Shown: positions 56,601-64,000 of the stretch, in pieces
Numbering within the stretch: position 1 is the first letter of the stretch
How the letters are laid out: each line of letters opens with the position of its first letter
DNA from: Acidobacteriota bacterium
GTDB lineage: Bacteria > Acidobacteriota > CAIWXX01
Length of the DNA: 64,000 nt
Assembly (NCBI GenBank): GCA_040755995.1
Contig: JBFMAF010000049.1
Coordinates: 32,001-96,000, forward strand
Direction: 5' to 3'
Notes under the pieces: model-generated
Seen by the model: the letters and a program-made list of their open reading frames with translations, nothing else
What the model was told of the DNA's origin: nothing
Databases searched by the model: none
Translations under genes and position numbers: made by a program

Positions 56601-57246
56601 CCGAGCCCTCCTTGATCGGCACGATGGCCACATTGCCCGGCTTGAAATCCCGATGCGTGATCCCTGCCTCGTGCGCCGCCTCCAGCGCCGCGCACATCTG
56701 GCGGATCAGCGGCAGCGCCTCGGCGGTCGTCATCCTGCCCGCGCGGCGGATCCGATTCTCGAGAGTCTCGCCGGCCAGCAGCCCCATGGTCATGAACGTG
56801 ATGCCCGTCTTCCCGCGAGGATCTGCGTGATGCCCGATGTCGAATATCCGGCAGACGTTCGGATGCGTGACCCGGCGCGCGAGATCGACCTCGCGCTTGA
56901 ACCGATCGATCGCACCGGGACGCTCGGCGATCTCCGCGCGTACCGCCTTGAGAGCGACCCGCACGCCCAACTCCTTGTCTTGCGCCTCGTAGACCTCGCC
57001 CATGCCCCCCAGCCCGATCAGTCGAATGATTGTGTACCGATTCGCCACGAGATCGCCCGGGGAGAAGGTCGTCGAGGACGGGCTGCGGCCGTGGATCGGC
57101 GCAGGCGGCGTAATGGGTCCGTTCTCAGCTGAGGGCAGAGTCTCCCTCAGCTCGGGGCGTTGGTCTGAAGCGGGCCCGCCGGCGCCTTGGCGCGCGGTTG
57201 CTCTCTCGCTCTCCTGCCAGCGCATGTCGTCCCGATGCTCCGTCAC
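53680..57246 (-). CDS. Ser/Thr protein kinase with TM, TolB-N-like domain and TPR repeats
   Basis: GLGGMGEVY, VALK, HRDFKPGN, DFGLA, GTPAYMAPE; TM; AVAILGFKNL..ISGSY; many TPR-like repeats. Confidence 0.92.
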   Translation of the reverse strand: MTEHRDDMRWQESERATARQGAGGPASDQRPELRETLPSAENGPITPPAPIHGRSPSSTTFSPGDLVANRYTIIRLIGLGGMGEVYEAQDKELGVRVALKAVRAEIAERPGAIDRFKREVDLARRVTHPNVCRIFDIGHHADPRGKTGITFMTMGLLAGETLENRIRRAGRMTTAEALPLIRQMCAALEAAHEAGITHRDFKPGNVAIVPIKEGSAEVRVVVTDFGLARSSVMADRTGAAITGTGEIIGTPAYMAPEQVEGGAITESVDIYALGIVIYEMLTGALPFEGDTALSLAVKRLKEPPRSPRAHVPDLDRRWEEIILRCLERAPSDRFAGAMDVAQALAGEQLASSPRQKRRLRDLTLAGVAIAALIVIIIILIPPHERLPAPAAPQSQTIVKPRPAVAILGFKNLTGNQNAAWLSTALSDMLGTELAASEKLRTIPGENVARMKVDLSIREIDSFARETIARIRSNLAADFVISGSYAALGEKSGGLLRLDIILQDASSGDTVAAIPLTGNEAGLFDLVSQVGTQLRSKLGAGQLTAAQVDSLHATLPASSEVTRLYAEGVSKLRSFDALSARAPLERAVKADPNYCLAHSALAQAWTRLGYDEKAKQESKLAMDLSAALPREERLLVEGQYRTANREWEKGVEIYRTLWTFFPDNLEYGLLLAGAQTSAGKGKDALQTVTSLHTLPPPASDDPRIDLQEARTAREISDFRRQRDASARAVANGSRQGATLLVASARLEEGWALKALGDVPKAMEAFRAAREAFSAAGDRGGVARATSHMGATLLERGDLAGAASAYGEALAVYREIGDRSGEGNVLRNLASIASGRGDIPAAERLLGESLTVARETANKSQVATVLNDLANIDLDYHGDIGRAKKRYQEALAAYREIGDRSSESMAMHNLAVASQQEGDLLTAKKLYEEAMAIATDNGEKGFAGAMMHNLAGMLYLQGDLVGARKRFEESITLMRDFGFARYVPNALHDLGRVLLEQGDLVNARKRYEEALKIRMENGQNLKIAETRAAISRLLLEEGRPLDAEALARETIAAMCKENLSEWEAPADTALAEALLAQGKLAAADAAVRSARTAEHSDEVISDVDTTTVEARLRATEGKTKEALEDLDRALAKADKVGTVPSQLWCRLALGEIQITHGDRAAGRKLLQALEKDAKAKGFLLIAGKANAALK

Positions 57247-57264
57247 GCCAGGTCCTCCACGCGT

Positions 57265-58158
57265 TCAATCATCGTCGAAGAGGCCCGTCTGCCGCGCCAC
57301 ATCGGGGCGCAGCCCCATCGCCTCCGGGCTGAAGTCGAGCTGCTCGAATATGCGCGAGAGCTTCGCGCCGTCCTGCGGTCGCAGTTCGAGCGCCGCGAGA
57401 TCCAGGCTCAAGGGAACCTCGTCATGGATGACGGCGAGCGATCGGCTCAGGAACGCCTGCTCTCGCTGGTTCTTCAGTTTCTCCCGCAGGCGCGGATTCT
57501 CAACCGAATCGAGGTTCTCGTAGAGGGCGTCGAGCGAGGAGAACCGGGAGACGAGCCTCTTCGCGATCTTCTCTCCAACCCCATCGACTCCGGGGATGTT
57601 GTCGGAACTGTCGCCCATGAGCGCAAGCAGGTCGGCGGTGCGAGACGGATGGATTCCGAGGAGGCGTTCGGCGGAGGCTGCACCGATCCGCTCTTTCCCC
57701 TTCCTCGGATTCAAGACGTACACTCCCTCGCGCAGAAGCTGGTAGAAGTCCTTGTCCTGAGTCACGATCACTACCTCGATCGCAGCGGTCGCCGCCATGC
57801 GGGTCAGCGTAGCGATGACGTCGTCGGCTTCGTACCCAGGAGACTCGACGAGAGCGATCGAGAAGCCCCGGACGATTTCCTTCACCACCGGGATCTGGCT
57901 GATCATGTCAGGGGGTGCCGGTTTGCGCGTCGCCTTGTAGCCCGCATAGGCCTCGTGGCGGAACGTCGGCTCGGGAAGGTCGAAGACGACCGCGGCGTGC
58001 GTGGGCTTCTGCGTTTCCAGAAGCTGCCGCAGAGACCTGGTGAAGCCGAACGCCGCGCCGGTCGGCTCGCCTTTCTTGTTGCGGAATTCCCTGAACGCAT
58101 AGTAAGCCCTGTAGAGCTCGGCGGTGCCGTCCAGCAACAGCAGCGTCTTAGCGCTCAC
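57265..58158 (-). CDS. Stand-alone 5'-3' exonuclease / flap endonuclease (PolA N-terminal-like)
   Basis: LLDG, YRAYYA, VFD, FRHE.Y..YKATR, YEADDVIAT, DKD, LMGDSSDNIPGV.GVGEK; stops after 297 aa. Confidence 0.9.
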   Translation of the reverse strand: MSAKTLLLLDGTAELYRAYYAFREFRNKKGEPTGAAFGFTRSLRQLLETQKPTHAAVVFDLPEPTFRHEAYAGYKATRKPAPPDMISQIPVVKEIVRGFSIALVESPGYEADDVIATLTRMAATAAIEVVIVTQDKDFYQLLREGVYVLNPRKGKERIGAASAERLLGIHPSRTADLLALMGDSSDNIPGVDGVGEKIAKRLVSRFSSLDALYENLDSVENPRLREKLKNQREQAFLSRSLAVIHDEVPLSLDLAALELRPQDGAKLSRIFEQLDFSPEAMGLRPDVARQTGLFDDD

Positions 58159-58335
58159 ACCCGCTCCATCAGGTCCCCACCAGGATCAGGTTCGTACAGC
58201 ATCACTGATCGACTCGAGTCGCATCAGCGAGCCAATACTATACAGCGCGTGATAAGTCCGCAACAGATTCAACAAGTCGACGCGCTGTACGGTGCGATGC
58301 GACGGCCGCGACAATCGAGCGCCGGTCACACGCTC

Positions 58336-59958
58336 TCACCGAGCGACGGCGGGCCCTTGTCTCTCGGCCAGAGCGAACGACTCCATCCAGATGTCGCCCT
58401 CGGTGCCGAGCGGGACGCACTGGCGGTCCAGAACGAAGAAGATGCCCGTGACCCGGTGGGGATCGAAGGCGGTGCCCGCAGCCTCGGGTGTCGGGCTCAG
58501 GCGGTCGAGATCGACAACGCGGGTGTCCGAGATGGAGGAGGCCTTCAACGAGGTTCGATAGATCTTCGTCCCCACGTGCGCCTGGAACCAGAGGCGGTAG
58601 GTTCGGTCGGAGCGCAGTCGAACCAGGAAACGATCGCCTGGTTCGAGCGGCGGAGGCGTTCGCCAACATAGCGCCACGACGGGCCACGACTGGGCACTCG
58701 CGCCGCTCCCGAGCCGGAAATGCAGACGCGATCCATCGTACTCGCAAGCACTTGACGAGTCCCGCTCCACGTTGAACCGTGACGTTTCGAACGCGACGCC
58801 AGCCGGCGGTGGAGCCGCTGCTGGCCGCGGCGGCCGTTGTTGAGCATACTTCGAACCTACGAAGATCGGATTCGACAGAATCCAAGGGATCTCAGGGTCG
58901 AATGGATGGCTCCCCAGCGGACGACGGACTTCCACACGATAGGCACCCGGATCCGCGGCCTGGTATCTCAGCTGCGTAATGCCCGCGGCCACCACGGCTC
59001 CGTTCCGCCGAATCCGAAGCATCGAGCCCTCATCGGCCGACGCTTCCAGCTCCACCGGTGGATCCGGGACCACATCCCCCATTCCATACCGTCCTGTGCC
59101 TGACTGGGCGTCGAACCTGAAGCCCGCGCCCGATGCGAGCCCGTCGATGGAAACGTAGAACCGCCCGTGTCGCAGTGCATCCATGATCGCGTCCTTGTCC
59201 CCCGAAACGTCCGGCCGCATCCTGAGCACCAGCGTCCTGAAAAGCGGCAGGTAGTCAGGAAAGCGAAGGCTCCTCTTTCGACCGACCCGCAGATTCGCGT
59301 GCGCATCCAGTCCGGCGAATAGATAGAAGACGCGATCGGCCGCCTCGCGGTCGAACGCCTCGAGCGCCTGCCGTGGATAGTGCATGAGCCGCAGATGGAA
59401 GTAGGCGGGATTGAGCCAGTAGGACGGCAGAGTCACCGCCAGCTTCCACCAACCCACCTCTCGCCATTCGCTGTCACCGTTCAGAACCTCCATCCCGGTG
59501 GACAACGGGAACGGCCACTGCCTCCAGGGGATGCGATCGTTGAACGGGTGCGAGAGCACCACGAATCCCCCGAGCGACTCGACGTCAGCCGCGGCTTCCG
59601 CCGGATCCGGCGGGAAATTGTACGTCGGGTTCCCGTAAGCCAACGCCAGCAGATGCCCTGCATCCGTGGACAGCTCACTGCCGATTATGAGCACGGGCTT
59701 TGCAGGGGGCTTCCTCGTGGGTCTTGAAGGATTCCCGTGATCCGTCACCACCACAAAGTCCAGACCGGCCTCCGCGGCCTTCCTGGCGATCTCGTCGAAG
59801 TCACCACCCCCGTCGGACTCGACGGAGTGAACGTGCATGACGCCGGCCTGCCCGTCCCCCGGTCTCACATCCGGCGTGTACCGCAGGATTCGCGCAAGAG
59901 GGATCGAAAGCAGGATCACAAGGCCTGCCGCTGCGGCGAGCCAGCGCTTCCTAAACAC
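58336..59958 (-). CDS. Exported PHP-domain metallohydrolase with C-terminal beta-sandwich (CIA30/CBM-like) domain
   Basis: HVHS..SDG, VTDH, GSE, GH, SHP, MEVLN, GLDAH, YRVEV..WILSNPI; N-terminal hydrophobic segment. Confidence 0.78.
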   Translation of the reverse strand: MFRKRWLAAAAGLVILLSIPLARILRYTPDVRPGDGQAGVMHVHSVESDGGGDFDEIARKAAEAGLDFVVVTDHGNPSRPTRKPPAKPVLIIGSELSTDAGHLLALAYGNPTYNFPPDPAEAAADVESLGGFVVLSHPFNDRIPWRQWPFPLSTGMEVLNGDSEWREVGWWKLAVTLPSYWLNPAYFHLRLMHYPRQALEAFDREAADRVFYLFAGLDAHANLRVGRKRSLRFPDYLPLFRTLVLRMRPDVSGDKDAIMDALRHGRFYVSIDGLASGAGFRFDAQSGTGRYGMGDVVPDPPVELEASADEGSMLRIRRNGAVVAAGITQLRYQAADPGAYRVEVRRPLGSHPFDPEIPWILSNPIFVGSKYAQQRPPRPAAAPPPAGVAFETSRFNVERDSSSACEYDGSRLHFRLGSGASAQSWPVVALCWRTPPPLEPGDRFLVRLRSDRTYRLWFQAHVGTKIYRTSLKASSISDTRVVDLDRLSPTPEAAGTAFDPHRVTGIFFVLDRQCVPLGTEGDIWMESFALAERQGPAVAR

Positions 59959-59999
59959 AGGTGTCTCCGCCGTGATGTCGCTCTGCGATCAACCCGGGC

Positions 60000-60713
60000 T
60001 CAGGCCTTCCCGCCCTTTTCGACGGCGGCTTTCAGCCAGGCCGTCGCCCGCCCGGCGCCTTCGAGTATCGCACGAGCCGCGAAGCAACGCCCGACATGCG
60101 CGATGTCGATCTCGGGAATAGTCGATATCCGCCGCAGGGCCGCTCGCGTGAGCCCTCGGCCCGCAGAGACGTGCTGCCCGAGTTTGCGCGCGAGGCGCGC
60201 GCAATCGTGCAGGGCGGTGAAATCCGATTCCTTCCCCGTCTCGGAGAACCGGTATGTGTTCAATTCCACGGCCGCGACGTCCAGCTTGTGACAGTGCTTC
60301 ACCTGGTCGACCGACGGGTTGATGAACACCACTACCTGGATACCGGCCTCTCGCAGCATCGCCTGCGCGCGCTTGACCTGCGTCTGGTTGAGTATGACGT
60401 CTATGCCGTCCTCCAGCGCGATGTCCTCGCGGCGCTCCGGCAACAGCACCACCGTCGACGGCTTCAAGGAAACCGCGAAACTGACGACATCGGTGGAGGT
60501 CGAGATCTTCAACCAGAACGGCACCTTGACGACGTCGCGCAGCAGGTGGCAATCGCGCTCCGTCAGCGAGCCGCGATCGAGCTTCAGGTTGACGCCGATC
60601 GCGTCGGCCCCAGCACGGGTTGCGATCAACGCAACCTCGATGGGGTCCGGATCGAATCGGCCTGCGATGCCTCTCAACGCGGCGATGCAGGTCAGGTCAA
60701 TGCCGAGATCCAC
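60000..60713 (-). CDS. pdxJ: PdxJ (pyridoxine 5'-phosphate synthase)-like protein with degenerate active site
   Basis: Scaffold matches PdxJ (PDP...A..AGAD.I, KP....L.PERRE, VVFINP, VEL.T, SAG.GL, IPEI); located after glmM; catalytic motifs altered. Confidence 0.75.
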   Translation of the reverse strand: MDLGIDLTCIAALRGIAGRFDPDPIEVALIATRAGADAIGVNLKLDRGSLTERDCHLLRDVVKVPFWLKISTSTDVVSFAVSLKPSTVVLLPERREDIALEDGIDVILNQTQVKRAQAMLREAGIQVVVFINPSVDQVKHCHKLDVAAVELNTYRFSETGKESDFTALHDCARLARKLGQHVSAGRGLTRAALRRISTIPEIDIAHVGRCFAARAILEGAGRATAWLKAAVEKGGKA

Positions 60714-60806
60714 GTGTCACCTCCCGCTCGCTAATCGATTCTCTGCCGAATCCGCCACCATAACGATTGCGATCACGATTCCCCACGCACGGTTCGTTCT
60801 GCTGGA

Positions 60807-62129
60807 TCATGGGCCTACACCCACTTCTCGCCGGATCTCCGCCGCGAGTGCCTGCGCCATGCCCTCAATCTCCGCCTGGTCCTCGCCCTCGATCATGACC
60901 CGCGCGAGCATCTCCGTGCCCGAATACCGCAGCACCAGGCGTCCCCGGTTTCGCAGCCGCCGCTCGACCTCTTGCATGTACGCCCTCACAGCCGGAAGCT
61001 TACCGAAATCACGCTTCTCGCGAACCGGCACGTTCAGGAGCACCTGCGGGAACTTCTTCATGGGGGCGCACAGGCCGGAGAGGGGCAGATCCGTCGCGGA
61101 GAGCAGCGAAGCTACTACGATTGTAGTAAGGAGTCCGTCTCCGGCCGGCTGCAGGTCCAGGCGGATCGTGTGCCCCGACTGCTCGCCGCCGAGCACCGAC
61201 CCGCGGCGGTCCATCTCGGCCAGCACGTAGCGATCGCCGACCGGAGTCTTGGCCAGGCCGATGCCGCGGTCGGAAAGGGCCGCGTCGAGGCCCATGTTCG
61301 CCATGACGGTGGTGACGACAAGGTTGCCCCGCAGCAGCCCGGCGCGGTGGAGGTGGTCGGCGACCAGGAAGAGCGTGTAGTCGCCGTCGCGCACGACGCC
61401 GGTCTCGTCGACGAAGATCGCGCGGTCGCCGTCGCCGTCGAGCGCGGCGCCGAGGTCTGCGCCGGTTTCGGCGACGCGCTGCTGGAGTGCGCCGGGGTGC
61501 AACGAGCCGCAATCGCGATTGATGTTCCTTCCGTCCGGGGCATCGTGAACGAAGCTCGCACCCAGGCCGTCGAAGAGGCGGTGCGCAGCCTCAGAAGAGG
61601 CTCCGTTCGCGCAATCCACCACGATTCGGATCGGACGGGCAATCGAGAGGTGGGTTTGCAGGCCGGCGACATAGTCGTCGAGGAACCTCGAATCCGCCTT
61701 CGGTCGCGGATGGGATATCGAGCCTGGTGAACCGCCGCTGCGCGCGGCGCCCAGACGCTCCTCGATCGCCGACTCCACCTCGTCCGGGAGCTTCCGGCCG
61801 TCCGGACCGAAGATCTTTATCCCGTTGTCATCGAAGGGATTGTGGGAGGCGGAGACAGACACGGCGGCGTCGAAGCCGTATTTCTGAGCCAGCGTTGACG
61901 CCGCCGGCGTCGGCAGCGTGCCGCCGGGTACTGCCTCTCCTCCGCCTCTCTCTATCCCGGCGGCGAGCGCCGTGTAGATGGCACAGGAGCTCTCCCGCGT
62001 GTCCCAGCAGATGAGAATGCGCCGGCGCGGCGCCGCGAGAAGCTCGCCCAACGCGTTGAGCGTCTCATCGTCCAGCGGATATACCCCCGCTTTGCCTCGA
62101 ATCCCGTCCGTTCCGAAAAGCCTCTCCAT
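60807..62129 (-). CDS. glmM: Phosphoglucosamine mutase
   Basis: FGTDGIRG, SASHNP, DGDGDR, GGEQSGH, RYSGTE. Confidence 0.95.
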   Translation of the reverse strand: MERLFGTDGIRGKAGVYPLDDETLNALGELLAAPRRRILICWDTRESSCAIYTALAAGIERGGGEAVPGGTLPTPAASTLAQKYGFDAAVSVSASHNPFDDNGIKIFGPDGRKLPDEVESAIEERLGAARSGGSPGSISHPRPKADSRFLDDYVAGLQTHLSIARPIRIVVDCANGASSEAAHRLFDGLGASFVHDAPDGRNINRDCGSLHPGALQQRVAETGADLGAALDGDGDRAIFVDETGVVRDGDYTLFLVADHLHRAGLLRGNLVVTTVMANMGLDAALSDRGIGLAKTPVGDRYVLAEMDRRGSVLGGEQSGHTIRLDLQPAGDGLLTTIVVASLLSATDLPLSGLCAPMKKFPQVLLNVPVREKRDFGKLPAVRAYMQEVERRLRNRGRLVLRYSGTEMLARVMIEGEDQAEIEGMAQALAAEIRREVGVGP

Positions 62130-62201
62130 CCGTTGTCCTGCATCTGTTCTCGGATCCTGCTGTGTCGCCGGGCGTCAGGCCTGGGATCCGAAATAGAGCT
62201 C

Positions 62202-63128
62202 CTATCTTATCGTGACCCTCACCTTTTCCGGTTCCACGCTCAGCACCTTGATAGTATCATCGTCGATGGAGTCGAAAACGATCCTGGGGGCGACCGTGTG
62301 CGGTCCTGGGGAGAGACCGGCGACATCGACCAGGGCGCGCACCCGCTTCGGATCGAGGGCGCGAACCCTGGAACGGGGCCCCTGAACGCGCGCCACCACG
62401 TGGGCCGGGAATATCGCCGCCGGCGCCGGCGGAAACGCCTCCACGACGACACCCTCCAACACCCGCGCCTCCTGCTTCTCCACGACCGCTATGTCGATGC
62501 GGACCGTTGCATCGCCAACCAGCTGGCAGGACGGATCTCCTACCCTCACGGGCACGCTCTGGCTCAGCGAAGTCACTATGCCGTTGACCGACACCGCCTC
62601 GGTCGCAACGGCGCTCAGTCTCCTCACGCGTGATCGCGGGCCCCGCACAAGCACCTTGTCCGGCGACGTGCCGATCGAAACGATCTCGAATCCGTCTGCG
62701 ACTCGACCCTCGACCCTGGGCGTCACAGGCGCGAGCTTGCTGTCGCTTTCTTCGATGTCGAGATCGAAGCCGGCGGGATTAATCTTGACTACCTGGCAGC
62801 CGAATGGGAGATTGAAGTTGTCAGAGCTGAACTGGACTGCGCGCCTGCCCGGGCGGGCCGTGCGGAGGTCGATCCGCGCGGTGAGGCCCGTTTCGTTGAC
62901 GCGCCGCATCAGCGCAGAGGACGCGCGCACGCGCACCTCCACCTGGCTCGGCGGGTCGCTTGCGATCTCGAGAGTCGCCGGCATGTTGACAAACTCCACC
63001 GGCGCCCGGACAACCGCCTCGGAGGTCTCCTCGCGGGCGATGATGAACCAGAGGATCGCGGCAAGAACCAGTGAGAGCAGCTTCAGCCCTATGTTGCGCG
63101 TCGGATGAAGTGCCACTGTCCAGCTCAC
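62202..63128 (-). CDS. cdaR: YbbR/CdaR family protein
   Basis: N.GLKLLSLVLA.ILW anchor, repeated YbbR domains, downstream of cdaA. Confidence 0.88.
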   Translation of the reverse strand: MSWTVALHPTRNIGLKLLSLVLAAILWFIIAREETSEAVVRAPVEFVNMPATLEIASDPPSQVEVRVRASSALMRRVNETGLTARIDLRTARPGRRAVQFSSDNFNLPFGCQVVKINPAGFDLDIEESDSKLAPVTPRVEGRVADGFEIVSIGTSPDKVLVRGPRSRVRRLSAVATEAVSVNGIVTSLSQSVPVRVGDPSCQLVGDATVRIDIAVVEKQEARVLEGVVVEAFPPAPAAIFPAHVVARVQGPRSRVRALDPKRVRALVDVAGLSPGPHTVAPRIVFDSIDDDTIKVLSVEPEKVRVTIR

Positions 63129-63904
63129 TTGAGGCGGTCAAGGAGCTGCGCCTTGAGCTCATTTCCGCCGAGATGTCTCGCGATCTCCCCACTGCGCACC
63201 AGCGAGATGCTCCCGGTCTCCTCCGACACCACCACGACCACCGCGTCGGTCTCCTCGCTCAGACCGATTGCGGCCCGGTGGCGCGTACCGAGCTGCTTGC
63301 TCAGATGAGGATCGAGCGTGAGCGGGAGGAAACAGCCTGCCGCCGCTATCCTGTCTCCCTGGACGATTACCGCGCCGTCATGCAGTGGGGAGGACGGGTT
63401 GAAGATCGACAACAGCAGATCGTAACCCAGGTTGGCGTTGAGCACAACGCCGCCTTCGATGTAGTTCTTGAGGCCGACCTCGCGCTCCACCGCGATGATC
63501 GCACCCATCCTCTGGCTCGCCAGCGTCGTGCACGCCTGCAGTATCTCCTCCACCACGACCTCCGTCTTGGCGCGCGCGGGAGCCGGGAAGAACGGGTTTC
63601 GCCCGAAGCTTGCAAGGGCCTTCTTGATCTCCGCCTGAAACAGCACGATCACGATTATCACGATGTACGTGAAGAAGCTCCGGAGGAGCCAGTGAACGGT
63701 GGTCAGGCGGAGGAGCTGAGAGAGGTAGTAGCAGCCGACCATGACCGCGATTCCAAGGACCATTTGATAGGCGCGCGTGCCGCGAATGAGAACGAGCAGG
63801 TTGTAGATGATGACGGCGATTATCAAGATGTCGAGCACGGCCGAGGCCGAGAGCCGGGTTTCGCGGAGGAGGTCCATGGATTGCTGGAACAGTTGATCGA
63901 TCAT
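63125..63904 (-). CDS. cdaA: Diadenylate cyclase CdaA
   Basis: 3 TM, PLHDGAV, CFLPL, LGTRHRAA, VSEETG. Confidence 0.95.
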   Translation of the reverse strand: MIDQLFQQSMDLLRETRLSASAVLDILIIAVIIYNLLVLIRGTRAYQMVLGIAVMVGCYYLSQLLRLTTVHWLLRSFFTYIVIIVIVLFQAEIKKALASFGRNPFFPAPARAKTEVVVEEILQACTTLASQRMGAIIAVEREVGLKNYIEGGVVLNANLGYDLLLSIFNPSSPLHDGAVIVQGDRIAAAGCFLPLTLDPHLSKQLGTRHRAAIGLSEETDAVVVVVSEETGSISLVRSGEIARHLGGNELKAQLLDRLK

Positions 63905-64000
63905 CGCGGCACGGTCTCCCCGGCGATTTCGAGCTCTCGCCAGACCGCGACGGCGCGCCGTGTGGCGGCCACGTCGTGCACGCGCAGGATGCTCGCCCCG
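63901..64000 (-). CDS. folP: Dihydropteroate synthase, 3' end (partial)
   Basis: Minus strand reads GASILRVHDVAATRRAV...*; stop overlaps the cdaA start. Confidence 0.88.
   Translation of the reverse strand, partial: GASILRVHDVAATRRAVAVWRELEIAGETVPR

Overview
GC-rich bacterial chromosomal window. Gene content and synteny (TIGR02999-type ECF sigma with kinase-TPR proteins, folP-cdaA-cdaR-glmM-pdxJ, RomR-like regulator beside valS) suggest an Acidobacteriota-like or related diderm; this is inference, not a search result. About 1-14.2 kb is an accessory, rearranged region. It holds the 3' end of a BrxD/DUF2791-like ATPase, a frameshifted AAA-ATPase/PD-(D/E)XK gene, an Lhr/BrxHI-like helicase, a SEC-C protein, an MgtC-family gene next to a duplicated SEC-C gene end, two gene remnants, and an ECF sigma / Ser-Thr kinase module with a disordered candidate target. 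The rest is mostly housekeeping (lolD, lolC/E, lysS, nusB, ribH, tsaC, coaX, birA, nadC, valS, glmM, cdaR, cdaA, folP) mixed with metabolic genes, decayed toxin-antitoxin remnants and short intergenic repeats. The most notable items are: (1) an apparently exported AmmeMemoRadiSam system (Tat-signal radical SAM with a CxxCH insert, signal-peptide AmrB-AmrA fusion, and a membrane spermidine-synthase-like protein); (2) an intact PdxJ-like ORF that has lost nearly all catalytic residues; (3) a RomR-like polar scaffold upstream of valS; (4) an ammonia-lyase with an Ala-Cys-Gly MIO triad. No rRNA, tRNA, CRISPR array, integrase or transposase was recognised. All calls come from reading motifs by eye; no databases were run.
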